This document shows, piece after piece, positions 46,578-56,711 of a stretch of DNA of 61,155 bases. How positions within the stretch are numbered: position 1 is the stretch's first letter; each line of letters begins with the position of its first letter. The notes under the pieces are model-generated. The model was not told the DNA's origin. It did no database searches and worked only from the letters and a program-made list of their open reading frames with translations. Both the position numbers and the translations under genes were made by a program. Where the stretch lies: contig JBILEK010000005.1 of NCBI GenBank assembly GCA_044352155.1, positions 1 through 61,155 of the forward strand, read 5' to 3'. The DNA comes from Bdellovibrionia bacterium (GTDB lineage Bacteria > Bdellovibrionota > UBA1018 > JBILEK01).

Positions 46578-48179
46578 TCACCCTTCCTTCCGGGTGCATG
46601 TCATGACGTAAGCAAAACCAGCACTACTCTGGTGCGCAAGCATCTGAATTCGGTAAGCGTCTCCGCTAAAGTCAAAGTCCTCGGTCACGCCCATACCGAT
46701 ACTCGACTCCGCTTTTAAAAAGAGATCATTGACGAAAGAAGAAAACGCCTGATCGCGAGCACTGGCTGAAATCTCTTGACCTAAAGCACTATCAGAGCGA
46801 ATTCCAGAAACTTCTTCAAAAACAGGATTGAGAAACACGACTTTTCTTTGGGCATCTAAAAACATCACACCGAGCTTTGCGACTTCTCCAAGCGGACGCA
46901 GCGAGCGAAAGAGCTCTGCCACTGCGTCCATCTGCACCTCTTGTGAGCTATCGCTTGCACCGCTACGGCTTGCGCGCTGGAGGGCGGAGTTGATTGCATC
47001 TAAGAGCTGATCAAACTCTTCGCGCTTAAAGGATCGCGTCACCTGAGAGGCCTCGCCTTTTAAGACTTTATCGATGTCTTCATTGAGAACTTCAAAGGGT
47101 TTGACGGTCATCCGGAAAAGCACAAAAAAGACAAACGCTCCCACGAGTCCGCTTAAGATCATGGTCTTCGAATAGATCAGTCCGAGCTCCCCAATCTCCG
47201 GAAGCGACGCCTCAAGATCGATCACTACAACGGCTAACCCCACCGGCAACATCTGAGCACGACCTTGATCATAAGCCACAATCGGCTCAACTGCGGCCAC
47301 AGTCTTGTCGTTCACCAGGCGGACACGCCCACGAAACTCCCCGCCTTTTAAGTAAGTGCGCGCTTGAGCGGACGCAAAGAGTGCTGCATCACTTCCGGAA
47401 AACACTTTACCCACTCTCTCCCCAGGAGCTTGGATAGTGAGCTTCATGTCGGTGATCGCTGCGATCACGACTCCGCTTTCATACTCGATGTTGCCGATCG
47501 TGGTTTTTGATCCTTGATTGAGTGCTAATGCAGTTTGGTTGCGCTCAGCGAGCTGTCGAGCAAGCCCAAGCGCTCGCTGACCACTCTCACGGACGATCGT
47601 TGTGCGATTTGCTTGAAGCAGAGGAAACACCGAAATCAGAACGTTTCCGGCCAAAAAAACTAAAACAAGAAGGATCCAGATCGTCTTCCAATCGGTCGAG
47701 AGATTCCAGGAGTAAAACATGGGCATGACATATTTTTCAAATCCCCAGAGTACTTTACCTTTGAGATCCTGCGGAGCGAGCTCGCCCTGATACGACGGAG
47801 CCGAAGGAGTCGGCCCTGGAGCTGAGCTTGGAAAAGGGATGACATTACCAAAGTCCATTCCGACGACTGGAGCTTGACTGAGTTTAGCTTGGACGGCTTT
47901 TTTTAACTCCAACACAAACTCCCCCACGCTGACGCGATCCCCGGGGGAGAGTTTCTTGGTTCGAGTGAGAACTCCGTTTACAAACGTTCCGTTTGCCGAT
48001 CCCTCATCACGCAAGAGAATATCTTCGTTGTTCACAACCAAAACGCAGTGACGGCGCGACACTTTCGACGAAGCGAGCACAATCTCGTTTCCGGGCTGTC
48101 GACCAATTGCAGTCTCCCCGCCCTGAAGCGCATAGCTTGTGCCCCGATTCGGTCCGGCAATGACCATCAGCTTGAACAC
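46578..48179 (-). CDS. FHA, two-TM sensor with HAMP- and PAS-like C-terminus
   Basis: IGRQ..VSRRH..GSANG; TM-periplasmic-TM; HAMP-like; PAS-like GVMFLDAQRKVVFLNPVF. Confidence 0.8.
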   Translation of the reverse strand: MFKLMVIAGPNRGTSYALQGGETAIGRQPGNEIVLASSKVSRRHCVLVVNNEDILLRDEGSANGTFVNGVLTRTKKLSPGDRVSVGEFVLELKKAVQAKLSQAPVVGMDFGNVIPFPSSAPGPTPSAPSYQGELAPQDLKGKVLWGFEKYVMPMFYSWNLSTDWKTIWILLVLVFLAGNVLISVFPLLQANRTTIVRESGQRALGLARQLAERNQTALALNQGSKTTIGNIEYESGVVIAAITDMKLTIQAPGERVGKVFSGSDAALFASAQARTYLKGGEFRGRVRLVNDKTVAAVEPIVAYDQGRAQMLPVGLAVVVIDLEASLPEIGELGLIYSKTMILSGLVGAFVFFVLFRMTVKPFEVLNEDIDKVLKGEASQVTRSFKREEFDQLLDAINSALQRASRSGASDSSQEVQMDAVAELFRSLRPLGEVAKLGVMFLDAQRKVVFLNPVFEEVSGIRSDSALGQEISASARDQAFSSFVNDLFLKAESSIGMGVTEDFDFSGDAYRIQMLAHQSSAGFAYVMTCTRKEG

Positions 48180-48544
48180 AGCAAATCTCCTGGAGTGAGT
48201 CTTTGGCGCTCAAGCGTGCCGGCCGGGAGCTCTAAAGTGTGGTGCGCACTCTGATCCCAAAAAGGAAAAATACTCCAAGGCCGCACTCGAACACGCACCG
48301 AAGTCACTTCAAAACACTTCCGACCGTCCTCACTCTGCGCGTCACGCAGAAAAACGAGATCAATCGGAATCCGCATGAACCACATGTGCACATTGTTGCA
48401 CCGAGGAAACAGAAGTCCCTCGCCCGCATCAAACTGCGCGCGGCCCATCAAGCCTTTGAATCGATTCCAAAAAGACTCCGCCACATGGCACTTTTCGGCG
48501 AGAAGAGCCTGGGTGTTGAGTGTCAGAATTTGAACGCTCCTCAC
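48167..48544 (-). CDS. DUF192 protein
   Basis: RFKGLMGR, VHMWFMRIPIDLVFL, LELPAG. Confidence 0.85.
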   Translation of the reverse strand: MRSVQILTLNTQALLAEKCHVAESFWNRFKGLMGRAQFDAGEGLLFPRCNNVHMWFMRIPIDLVFLRDAQSEDGRKCFEVTSVRVRVRPWSIFPFWDQSAHHTLELPAGTLERQRLTPGDLLCSS

Positions 48545-48605
48545 GACTTTACCCCTCGATTTATTTTATCATATAAAAAGAGTCGGAGACTTTAGGTTTT
48601 CCTTA

Positions 48606-49538
48606 TTAAAAACCAGAAGATGCGCCATCTCCGGATATAAACGAAATGGCCATTGGCCCAAGACTCACAATAATCACGGCTGGCAAAATCAGAATCACCG
48701 TCGCCATGATGAGTTTCGGGGTCGCAGCAGCTCCAGCTTTTTCGGCCATCAGAAACCGATCATTCCGCACTTTCTCGGACTGTGCTTTGAGAGTCTTGCC
48801 GATCGGTGCTCCCATTTGCTCAGCTGAGATCAAAATCGCAATGAACGAGTTGATCTCCGGCATGTTCACTCGAACGCCCATCTCACGAAGCGCGTCGGTT
48901 CGCGAAGCCCCCACTTTGATTTCTTTTAAAACTTGCTCGAGCTCCTCAACCAGAGGGCTTGGGGCTGCTTTCTCGACCACTTTTCCGATTGCTCCTAAAA
49001 AATCTAACCCCGCCTCGGTCGAGAGCGCGAGAAGATCGACGATAAACGGCATCGCCTTACGGATCTGTTTGTGGCGAGCTTCGATGCGTCCTTTTACCCA
49101 AAAATCCGGCCAAAAATAACCTGCCACACCCGAGAGTAGGATCACCGGCAAGCTGAGCTCCAAAACCTCAAGAGACTTTAGCAACCCTCCAACGATCGGG
49201 AAAAATACGATCAAAAATATTTTAAACGCAATAAACTCGTCAGGAGTCAGCTCTTTTTTAAGTCCTGCTGAAATGAGCTTTCTTCGATAAACTTTTCGTC
49301 TCTCATCCCAAGAAGGTTTTCCGCGGACCATCGGAACGACGTATTGAGTAAAAAACGGGCGAGTGAGCTTTACAAGTCCACTGGATGCTGTGCGATCTCC
49401 TGACTCTCCCAGCGCTTCGGCGGCCTCACGCGCCTGAGACTCTTTGAGTATCATGTTCGCCAAAAAAAAGACGCTGAGGCCCAGCATCCCGTAAGCCAAA
49501 TATAGCAGGAGTTGATACTGCTCCATGGATCGAGACAC
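48606..49538 (-). CDS. tadC: Flp pilus assembly platform protein TadC
   Basis: DLLALSTEAGLDF, AEQMGAPI, AEKAG. Confidence 0.88.
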   Translation of the reverse strand: MSRSMEQYQLLLYLAYGMLGLSVFFLANMILKESQAREAAEALGESGDRTASSGLVKLTRPFFTQYVVPMVRGKPSWDERRKVYRRKLISAGLKKELTPDEFIAFKIFLIVFFPIVGGLLKSLEVLELSLPVILLSGVAGYFWPDFWVKGRIEARHKQIRKAMPFIVDLLALSTEAGLDFLGAIGKVVEKAAPSPLVEELEQVLKEIKVGASRTDALREMGVRVNMPEINSFIAILISAEQMGAPIGKTLKAQSEKVRNDRFLMAEKAGAAATPKLIMATVILILPAVIIVSLGPMAISFISGDGASSGF

Positions 49539-49555
49539 TCCTCTCTCTTTGTAGG

Positions 49556-49583
49556 GTATCGGAAAAAAGCAACCGAAGCCTTA
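49556..49583 (-). promoter_or_regulatory. FliA/sigma28-type promoter of tadC
   Basis: Minus strand TAAG-N16-TCCGATAC immediately upstream of the RBS. Confidence 0.55.
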
Positions 49584-49664
49584 CCTCAGGCGCTCACTCA
49601 GATGATAAGATCAAGACTCCAGTCTCAACATGCGTCACGTGGGACACACTTTCGGAGAACCGCG

Positions 49665-50405
49665 ATGAGATCCACTGTAAAAGTAACTGCCTGTTTAGCG
49701 CTCGGAGTACTCCTCATCTGCACTCAGGCGAGCACCGCACCCGCCACCCCCCAAGCCAAGACTCTCTGGGATCGCTGGTACACGCTGACGATCGAACCCA
49801 ATATTCGTTACGGGTACTACAACGAAAAAGCCGAGTCTCGGGGGGAAACGGTTTTTCTGCAAACTCAAATCTGGAAAAAAGAAGAGGACTTTATCAACCA
49901 AGAGCAAATGGGAGTCTTAAGCAAATCAGATCTCACCCCAGTGGCTTATAACTTCCGCTCGACCTATCGCTCAACTGAGACCACTCTTGATGGCACGATT
50001 GACGAGCAGCGCGTACTCAACTTGAAGTTAAAAATCTCAAACAAACCCGAGCAATCCGTCAAAAAACAGCTCCCACAGAATGTGATCTTTTCGAGCGCGT
50101 TTCCGTTATGGGTTGGAAAAAACATCGGCCGCTTAAAACCTAAAACTCCGATCTCTTTTCAAGCTTTTCTCGAAGACAGCCCACACGAGGATTTCCGAAT
50201 GGAGTCAGGCATCGTGATTCGCCAAGAACCCGATACACTCGCAAAATCAATGAAACTCAATCGCCTTTCCGTTCGATTTCGCAACCAAGACTCCACGTGG
50301 TGGGTCCGCGAACAAGGAGACGCTCATCAAATCCACCTTCCGGCTCAAAAAATTTGGATCAAAGAAGTCTCTAAGGATGTCGCTCTAAAATATTTGATGA
50401 AATGA
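49665..50405 (+). CDS. Hypothetical exported protein
   Basis: GGAG RBS, signal peptide, beta-rich; overlaps the dppB start. Confidence 0.65.
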   Translation: MRSTVKVTACLALGVLLICTQASTAPATPQAKTLWDRWYTLTIEPNIRYGYYNEKAESRGETVFLQTQIWKKEEDFINQEQMGVLSKSDLTPVAYNFRSTYRSTETTLDGTIDEQRVLNLKLKISNKPEQSVKKQLPQNVIFSSAFPLWVGKNIGRLKPKTPISFQAFLEDSPHEDFRMESGIVIRQEPDTLAKSMKLNRLSVRFRNQDSTWWVREQGDAHQIHLPAQKIWIKEVSKDVALKYLMK

Positions 50406-51292
50406 TTTGGAGAAAGCTCTTCTCTCTCATCTTGAGCCTCTTTGCAGTTGCGGCACTCTGCCAAGCTCTTCTCTTTTGCATCCCAGGCGATCCGGTAGAG
50501 ACCCTGATTGCTGAGACGGGGCTGAGCGTTGATCCCGCTCTCCTGCGAAAAGAGCTCGGGCTTGATCAAAGCTTTTTGGAGTCTTTGACCACTCAGCTCA
50601 AACGCCTCGGGCGCGGAGAGTTTGGAAAATCTCTGACTTCGCGCGAAGAGATTGGTCCCCTTCTCTTTCAGCGTGTGCGCCAATCTGCGGCGCTTGGGGG
50701 ACTCGCTTTTCTACTGGGCTTTCTGCTGAGTGCTGCCTTAGGTATTCTTGCTGCAAAGTCGGATCGATTTTCACGACTGCTTAACTTGTATACTGCCTTT
50801 TTTTCGGCTCTTCCAGCGCCATGGCTCGGGCCGCTTTTGCTCTTTCTCACCATCTCGAGCTTCAGACTGTACGCTCTGGGGGAGTCGATTCTCCTGCCTG
50901 CCATCGCACTCTCACTGAGCTTTAGTGTACCGTGGGGACGAATTTTTCGAGACCGCGTTCAAGAGCTCTTACGCTCTGAGTCTGTGCGCGCTGCACGTGC
51001 GCGTGGAGTTGGGGAAGCACGCGTTCTCATTAAGTATGCACTCTATCCTTCGTTAGGAGGTCTGATCCCTACTCTTGGATTGAGCTTAGGAGGACTTTTA
51101 AGCGGCACGGTTATCACGGAAACCGTTTTTGATCGTCCAGGCTTGGGACTTTTTTTACTGCAAAGCGTTTTAAGCCGCGACTTACCTTCGGTACAAGCTG
51201 CGGTCTTTGTCAGTGCCGCAATCATTCTGATCGCCAACCGCACAAGTGAAGGACTCGCTGAGTGGATTCAAAAACGTCCAGTCCTCCTCTAA
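50402..51292 (+). CDS. dppB: Peptide ABC transporter permease, DppB/OppB type
   Basis: PGDPV, LGLDQ, ARARG, ETVFDRPGLG. Confidence 0.85.
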   Translation: MIWRKLFSLILSLFAVAALCQALLFCIPGDPVETLIAETGLSVDPALLRKELGLDQSFLESLTTQLKRLGRGEFGKSLTSREEIGPLLFQRVRQSAALGGLAFLLGFLLSAALGILAAKSDRFSRLLNLYTAFFSALPAPWLGPLLLFLTISSFRLYALGESILLPAIALSLSFSVPWGRIFRDRVQELLRSESVRAARARGVGEARVLIKYALYPSLGGLIPTLGLSLGGLLSGTVITETVFDRPGLGLFLLQSVLSRDLPSVQAAVFVSAAIILIANRTSEGLAEWIQKRPVLL

Positions 51293-52062
51293 GCGCACGA
51301 ATCGCATGGATTTGGCTGGGAGTCTTAGCAGTAGGCTCTGTGTGGGCATCGAGTTTGCCACCCATTCCTCACACTCTTGAGCACAGTCTTCAGTCCGGTT
51401 ACGACGTCTTTGGCAGACCTCTTGTACTTCTCACGGCGCTTGCAGCTTCAAAGAGTCTGATTTTTGCTTTGGCTTCGGTTGGGATTGCAGCCTTACTCGG
51501 AACTCTGGCTGGAATCGGTCTCGCTTTTTTGCCAGAACGTCTGCGCTCGCTCGGAATGCGGGTGCTTGATTTTGTTTTAGCTTTTCCCTCACTCCTCGTT
51601 TCGCTCGCTTGGACTGCAGTGCGCGGCCCGGGCTGGGAGACTTTAATCGTCGCGCTTTGTTTAGGAAGCGTTCCCCCTCTCATCCGATTTACTTACGCGC
51701 GTGCTCGAGAGATTGCGCGAGAGGACTACGTTATTGCGGCGCACAGTCTTGGTGCGTCGCGGCTCCAAATCGCCAGAGTTCACGGCACCCCCGCTGTGTT
51801 TGAACTTCTGCGAGCAAAGCTTCCCTCACTGCTCGCTCAAGCACTGCTTGCCGAATCGACCCTCACTTTTCTTGGCGTTGGCGCTCCAATCGGGGAAGAC
51901 ACTTGGGGCTCTCTTTTGGCGCAAGCGCGAGATCTCATTTTTGAGGCACCGCATATTGCTTGGATCTCGGGAGTACCACTCATCGTCACCATTTGGGCGC
52001 TCCAGACTTTGACCGATCACTCTGCGCTCAAAGCGCTCGCACAACCCAAAAGTCTCCCGTAA
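51262..52062 (+). CDS. dppC: Peptide ABC transporter permease, DppC/OppC type
   Basis: GYDVFGR, AFPSLL, YVIAAHSLGA, ESTLTFLGVG, TWG. Confidence 0.85.
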   Translation: MDSKTSSPPLSARIAWIWLGVLAVGSVWASSLPPIPHTLEHSLQSGYDVFGRPLVLLTALAASKSLIFALASVGIAALLGTLAGIGLAFLPERLRSLGMRVLDFVLAFPSLLVSLAWTAVRGPGWETLIVALCLGSVPPLIRFTYARAREIAREDYVIAAHSLGASRLQIARVHGTPAVFELLRAKLPSLLAQALLAESTLTFLGVGAPIGEDTWGSLLAQARDLIFEAPHIAWISGVPLIVTIWALQTLTDHSALKALAQPKSLP

Positions 52063-52073
52063 ACTAATGAAGC

Positions 52074-53150
52074 ATGAGCTTGCTTCAAGACGCACTCACT
52101 CACCTAGGCGAAGTCATCCTCACAGGCTTTGACGGAACAGAGCTGAGCGATGATACGGCTGCCTTTCTGACCCAAGCGAGGATCGGAGGCGTTCTTCTGT
52201 TTTCGAAGAACTACACTAACCCCACCCAAGTCGCTCAACTCATCAATCAAGTGCAAGAGTGTCGAAACGATCTGCCCCTTTGGGTGTCGGTCGATCACGA
52301 AGGCGGGCGAGTACAGCGCTTTCGAGAGCATTTTTCGATCATCCCTCCTGCTCGTCGCATCGGTGCGGTGAACTCACCGAAACTCTCTTTTGATATTGCA
52401 GAGCTGATCGGTCGTGAGCTGAGATCCGTGGGGATCAACCTCAATTTCAATCCCGTCTGCGACATTGAGACTAACCTCAGTAACCCTGTGTTAGGAGATC
52501 GCGCTTACGGCACCACCGAGGATGACGTGTCGAAGCAAGTGACAGCAATCATTCGCGGTCAACTCACCCAAGGCGTCCAGGGTTGCGCAAAACACTTTCC
52601 TGGTCATGGCGACACCAACAAAGACTCGCACTTTGATCTTCCCAAAGTAGATACGCCTCTAGAAGTTCTCCGTGAGCGTGAGCTTAAGCCCTTTGTGAAG
52701 TGCTTTAAGTCTCGCTGCAACTTTGTAATGACCGCTCATGTGATTTACGAAAAAATAGATCCGCAAGTTCCGGCGACCTTTAGCTCAAAGATTCTGCGTG
52801 AAATTCTGCGTAAGGAAATCCGCTATTCAAAAATCATTATTAGTGACGATTTAGAGATGGAAGCGATCACCAAACACTGGGGCGCTGAAGAGGCTCCGCG
52901 ACTCGCACTCCAAGCCGGCTGCGACCTCTTAATTTATCGAACTGAAAAAGCTGCCCGCCACGCGTACATGTCTCTGCGCAAGGCACTTGAATCAGACCAG
53001 CTCGACCCAAAAATAGTGCTCGAAGCCGCAGAGCGATCACGCGAGATTAAAAACTCCGAGCTTCTTCCCTACTCCCCAGTAGATCCTCATGCTTGGAAAT
53101 CAGTTTTAAGCTCTCCTGAACATCAAGAGCTTCTTCAGAGAATCCCCTAA
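52074..53150 (+). CDS. nagZ: Beta-N-acetylhexosaminidase (GH3)
   Basis: DHEGGRVQR, KHFPGHGD..DSH, MTAHV, SDDLEM. Confidence 0.92.
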   Translation: MSLLQDALTHLGEVILTGFDGTELSDDTAAFLTQARIGGVLLFSKNYTNPTQVAQLINQVQECRNDLPLWVSVDHEGGRVQRFREHFSIIPPARRIGAVNSPKLSFDIAELIGRELRSVGINLNFNPVCDIETNLSNPVLGDRAYGTTEDDVSKQVTAIIRGQLTQGVQGCAKHFPGHGDTNKDSHFDLPKVDTPLEVLRERELKPFVKCFKSRCNFVMTAHVIYEKIDPQVPATFSSKILREILRKEIRYSKIIISDDLEMEAITKHWGAEEAPRLALQAGCDLLIYRTEKAARHAYMSLRKALESDQLDPKIVLEAAERSREIKNSELLPYSPVDPHAWKSVLSSPEHQELLQRIP

Positions 53151-53160
53151 ATCCGTGCGC

Positions 53161-54099
53161 CTACTCCCTGAGCGGGAAAAACTCAAAAAACTCGGCCCAG
53201 GATGGCACGGCTTGGATTGATCGCTCCATAAGGACGTTCGCAAGCATCTGGTTGCCATACTCATTGGGATGCCAGTCATCTGGAGATATGATTTTTTCCT
53301 TAGGGAAAACATAACTGCGCCCAGAGATATCGACTCGATACTCTTCGCGAATCTTGATTTCGTCATAAGCGGCCTGCAAATCAAACATCCGAATCCGCGA
53401 GAGCAACTCAGGTTCGATCACGTAATCTGGATCACGACTCTCCAAAACACGCACCAACCAAAACTTGCCCTGCTCTCCGGCTGGGTACGCGGGAGCTAAC
53501 TTGCCGCTTTTGGCTTTAACGTAGTCCCCACACAGAGGACTACCGATCCAAACGAGTGTCGAGTTTTGAGCAAATCTTCTTAAAATATCAACCACTCGCG
53601 TTTTGACTTCATCGATCTCAGCTCTCTTGCGCCTTCGCGCTTTTGGATCTGCTGGTAGATTTTCGATATCCTGAAGTTGCTTAAAGTCCTTATAGATCAA
53701 ATCCAGAGCAAAAATGAGATCAAAAGTTTTCCCTTTTTGCCCACGATTAACTTCCTCAGTCGTTGGGAGATTAGACTTAATCCAGTTGTAATGAGTTTTA
53801 GAAATAGTATTGAGCAAAGTCTTTTTAGTGAATTCAAACTTTGGCTTTAACTGAGCCTCAGTAATCTTTTTCTTTGCGATCTCAAAAATCCGCTCCCCGG
53901 GTGACTCGTTATCCTTGAAGATCAAATCTAGGATTGGAACACCGGCGGTACTCCCACCCATCTTGTCTGAGAGCGAAGCGCCAATCACTAAAACGCGAGA
54001 CGGGGGATGAGGAGCATGGGCAGGCGCACGCCTCGGAGTCGCGCACGCACTCAACAGGACCGCAACTGGGATCAGAGCAATTGTGCTTAACTGGGCCAT
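53161..54099 (-). CDS. SGNH/GDSL-like hydrolase lipoprotein
   Basis: Lipobox LLSAC, block I VIGASLS, block V DDWHPN..G. Confidence 0.6.
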   Translation of the reverse strand: MAQLSTIALIPVAVLLSACATPRRAPAHAPHPPSRVLVIGASLSDKMGGSTAGVPILDLIFKDNESPGERIFEIAKKKITEAQLKPKFEFTKKTLLNTISKTHYNWIKSNLPTTEEVNRGQKGKTFDLIFALDLIYKDFKQLQDIENLPADPKARRRKRAEIDEVKTRVVDILRRFAQNSTLVWIGSPLCGDYVKAKSGKLAPAYPAGEQGKFWLVRVLESRDPDYVIEPELLSRIRMFDLQAAYDEIKIREEYRVDISGRSYVFPKEKIISPDDWHPNEYGNQMLANVLMERSIQAVPSWAEFFEFFPLRE

Positions 54100-54287
54100 C
54101 CTTGGCCTCCCTCGTTTCAAGAGTGGCACCTCAAGGCCTTCTTATGCAACCAGTCATCAATTTGACGAGCGCTTCGGTGTGCAGAGGTGGCTCGGCGCAT
54201 TAGAGAAAATGCGACTCCCTGTTCCTAATTCGCCGCATCCATTGAATCCTTGTTTTCGCTCTTAGGGTCGCATGTTACGACGCTTCC

Positions 54288-55796
54288 ATGAAGACCCACA
54301 CCGTTAAAGTCTACCCCTCAAAAACCCACCTCCCAAAAGAAGATCAACTCGCCTGGAAGCTTGCGTGCGTAGCGACGGATCCAACTCCGATCTCCAGTGA
54401 AGTCATCGACATGGTCATCAACCGCATCATTGATAATGCTTCAGTCGCGATCGCGGCGATCAACCGCGAGCCAGTTGCCAACGCTCGCTCACAAGCGCTC
54501 GCTCATCCACGTCCCGTCGGCGCGACAGTGTTTGGGATGCCGAACTCCAAGCGCTTCGATGCCGAGTGGGCCGCTTGGGCGAACGGGACTGCCGTGCGCG
54601 AACTCGACTTCCATGACACCTTCCTCGCCGCCGACTACTCTCACCCGGGTGACAACATCCCGCCCATGCTCGCCGTCGCTCAACAGTGCGAGCGCTCGGG
54701 CATGGATCTTATCCGCGGGATCGTTGCGGCTTATGAGATTCACGTGGACCTCGTCAAAGGCATCTGCCTCCATAAACACAAAAAAGATCACATCGCTCAT
54801 CTCTGCCCCGCCGGCGCTGGCGGAATTGGCGCGATGCTCGGCCTCCCAACGGACACCGTTTATCAGGCCATTCAGCAAGCCGTTCACGTTTCGTTCTCCA
54901 CCCGTCAGTCGCGCAAAGGCGAAATCTCCTCGTGGAAAGCGTACGCACCCGCACACGCGGGCAAGCTTGCGATCGAAGCCGTCGATCGCTGCATGCGAGG
55001 CGAGAAGGCCCCTTCACCAATTTACGAAGGCGAAGACTCCGTGATCGCTTACATGCTCGACGGAAAGAACGGCTCCTACAAGGTGCCGCTGCCTGAGCCC
55101 GGCGAACAAAAGCGGGCGATTCTTGAGACGTACACCAAAGAACACTCTGCCGAGTATCAAGCGCAAGCACTCATTGACCTTGCGTTCAAAATGCGGACAA
55201 AGATCAAAAACTTTGACGATATTGAAAGCATCGTGCTGCATACCTCGCACCACACCCACTACGTCATCGGCACGGGGGCAGGCGATCCCCAGAAGATGGA
55301 CCCCAAGGCATCCCGCGAGACGCTCGATCACTCGATCATGTATATCTTCGCGGTCGCACTTCAGGACGGCGAGTGGCACCACGTAAAGAGCTACGAGCCC
55401 GCGCGCGCGCAGCGCCCCGATACAGTCAAGCTCTGGCAGAAAATCTCAACGCTCGAAGATCCAAAGTGGACGGAGCGCTACCACACCGAAGATCCGAACA
55501 AAAAAGCCTTCGGCGCGCGCGTCGAGATCACGCTCAAAAGCGGTGAAAAAATGATCGACGAGATGGCGGTCGCCAACGCCCACGTGTTCGGCGCGCGCAC
55601 GTTTAAGCGGCCTGAGTACATTAAGAAGTTCAAGACGCTCACCGAGGGGCTCATCACGCCCGAAGAAAGCGAACGGTTCTTGAAGCTCGTCCAGCGACTG
55701 CCTGAGTTGAAGGCCCACGAACTCCTGGACCTCAACGTGCAAGTCTCGCCGCAGATTCTGACCCACTCCGCGCGCGACAGTCGTGGGATTTTTTAA
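54288..55796 (+). CDS. prpD: 2-methylcitrate dehydratase
   Basis: [32 protein letters not shown]. Confidence 0.93.
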   Translation: MKTHTVKVYPSKTHLPKEDQLAWKLACVATDPTPISSEVIDMVINRIIDNASVAIAAINREPVANARSQALAHPRPVGATVFGMPNSKRFDAEWAAWANGTAVRELDFHDTFLAADYSHPGDNIPPMLAVAQQCERSGMDLIRGIVAAYEIHVDLVKGICLHKHKKDHIAHLCPAGAGGIGAMLGLPTDTVYQAIQQAVHVSFSTRQSRKGEISSWKAYAPAHAGKLAIEAVDRCMRGEKAPSPIYEGEDSVIAYMLDGKNGSYKVPLPEPGEQKRAILETYTKEHSAEYQAQALIDLAFKMRTKIKNFDDIESIVLHTSHHTHYVIGTGAGDPQKMDPKASRETLDHSIMYIFAVALQDGEWHHVKSYEPARAQRPDTVKLWQKISTLEDPKWTERYHTEDPNKKAFGARVEITLKSGEKMIDEMAVANAHVFGARTFKRPEYIKKFKTLTEGLITPEESERFLKLVQRLPELKAHELLDLNVQVSPQILTHSARDSRGIF

Positions 55797-55799
55797 CCC

Positions 55800-56711
55800 A
55801 TGCTGTTCGCCAAGAAACCGGCCTCAGAAAAGCGTAAGGCCTTTAAGCTGGCCCTAGGCTCCGGGAAACTGCAGCGTTTCCCGGGGGCTTACTCGCCGCT
55901 TGCCGCGATGCTGATCGAGCAAAAGGGCTTCGAAGGCGTGTACATCTCGGGCGCGGTCCTCGCGAACGATCTGGGACTTCCTGATATAGGACTCACGACG
56001 CTTTCGGAAGTTGCGGGACGCGGGCGCCAAATCGCGCGCGTAACTGAGCTTCCTGCGATGATCGACATCGACACGGGCTTTGGCGAGTCGCTCAACGCCG
56101 CGCGCACACTCCAAGAACTTGAGGAGATGGGGCTTGCGGGTTGCCATATGGAAGACCAGATCATGGTCAAGCGCTGTGGGCATCTCGACAACAAGACTCT
56201 CGTCTCACGCGACGAAATGGTTGAAAAGATCCGCACGGCCATTGTAGCGCGCCGCGATCCGAACTTTATCCTTTGCGCTCGCACCGATGCGCGCGGGGTC
56301 GAGGGACTTGAGGCTGCGATTGAGCGCGCAAAAGCATACGTCGCCGCCGGTGCTGACATGGTGTTCCCCGAGGGACTCAAGGATCCCGAGGAGTTCAAGA
56401 AATTTCGCGCCGCGATTCAGGCTCCCTTACTCGCGAACATGACCGAGTTCGGGAAATCAAAGTTACTCACGACCGCTGAGCTCACCCAGCTCGGCTATAA
56501 CCTCGTGATCTACCCCGTGACGGGACAGCGCCTGGCGATGAAAGCGCTTGAAGACGGGCTTGACGTCATCCGCGACAAAGGCACGCAGGAGTCGATCGTC
56601 GAGCGCATGCAGACCCGCAAGCGCCTCTACGAGATTCTCCACTACGAGCAATACAACACGTTTGATTCCAGTATTTTTAATTTCAAAGTGAACGAGAAAG
56701 GAACCTCATGA
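55800..56711 (+). CDS. prpB: 2-methylisocitrate lyase
   Basis: KRCGH, DIDTGFG, ANMTEFGK. Confidence 0.95.
   Translation: MLFAKKPASEKRKAFKLALGSGKLQRFPGAYSPLAAMLIEQKGFEGVYISGAVLANDLGLPDIGLTTLSEVAGRGRQIARVTELPAMIDIDTGFGESLNAARTLQELEEMGLAGCHMEDQIMVKRCGHLDNKTLVSRDEMVEKIRTAIVARRDPNFILCARTDARGVEGLEAAIERAKAYVAAGADMVFPEGLKDPEEFKKFRAAIQAPLLANMTEFGKSKLLTTAELTQLGYNLVIYPVTGQRLAMKALEDGLDVIRDKGTQESIVERMQTRKRLYEILHYEQYNTFDSSIFNFKVNEKGTS

Noticed and set aside
54123-54148. Sigma54 promoter (TGGCAC) upstream of prpD
   Set aside because: The -12 region reads AGGC rather than TTGC, so the match is too weak to support
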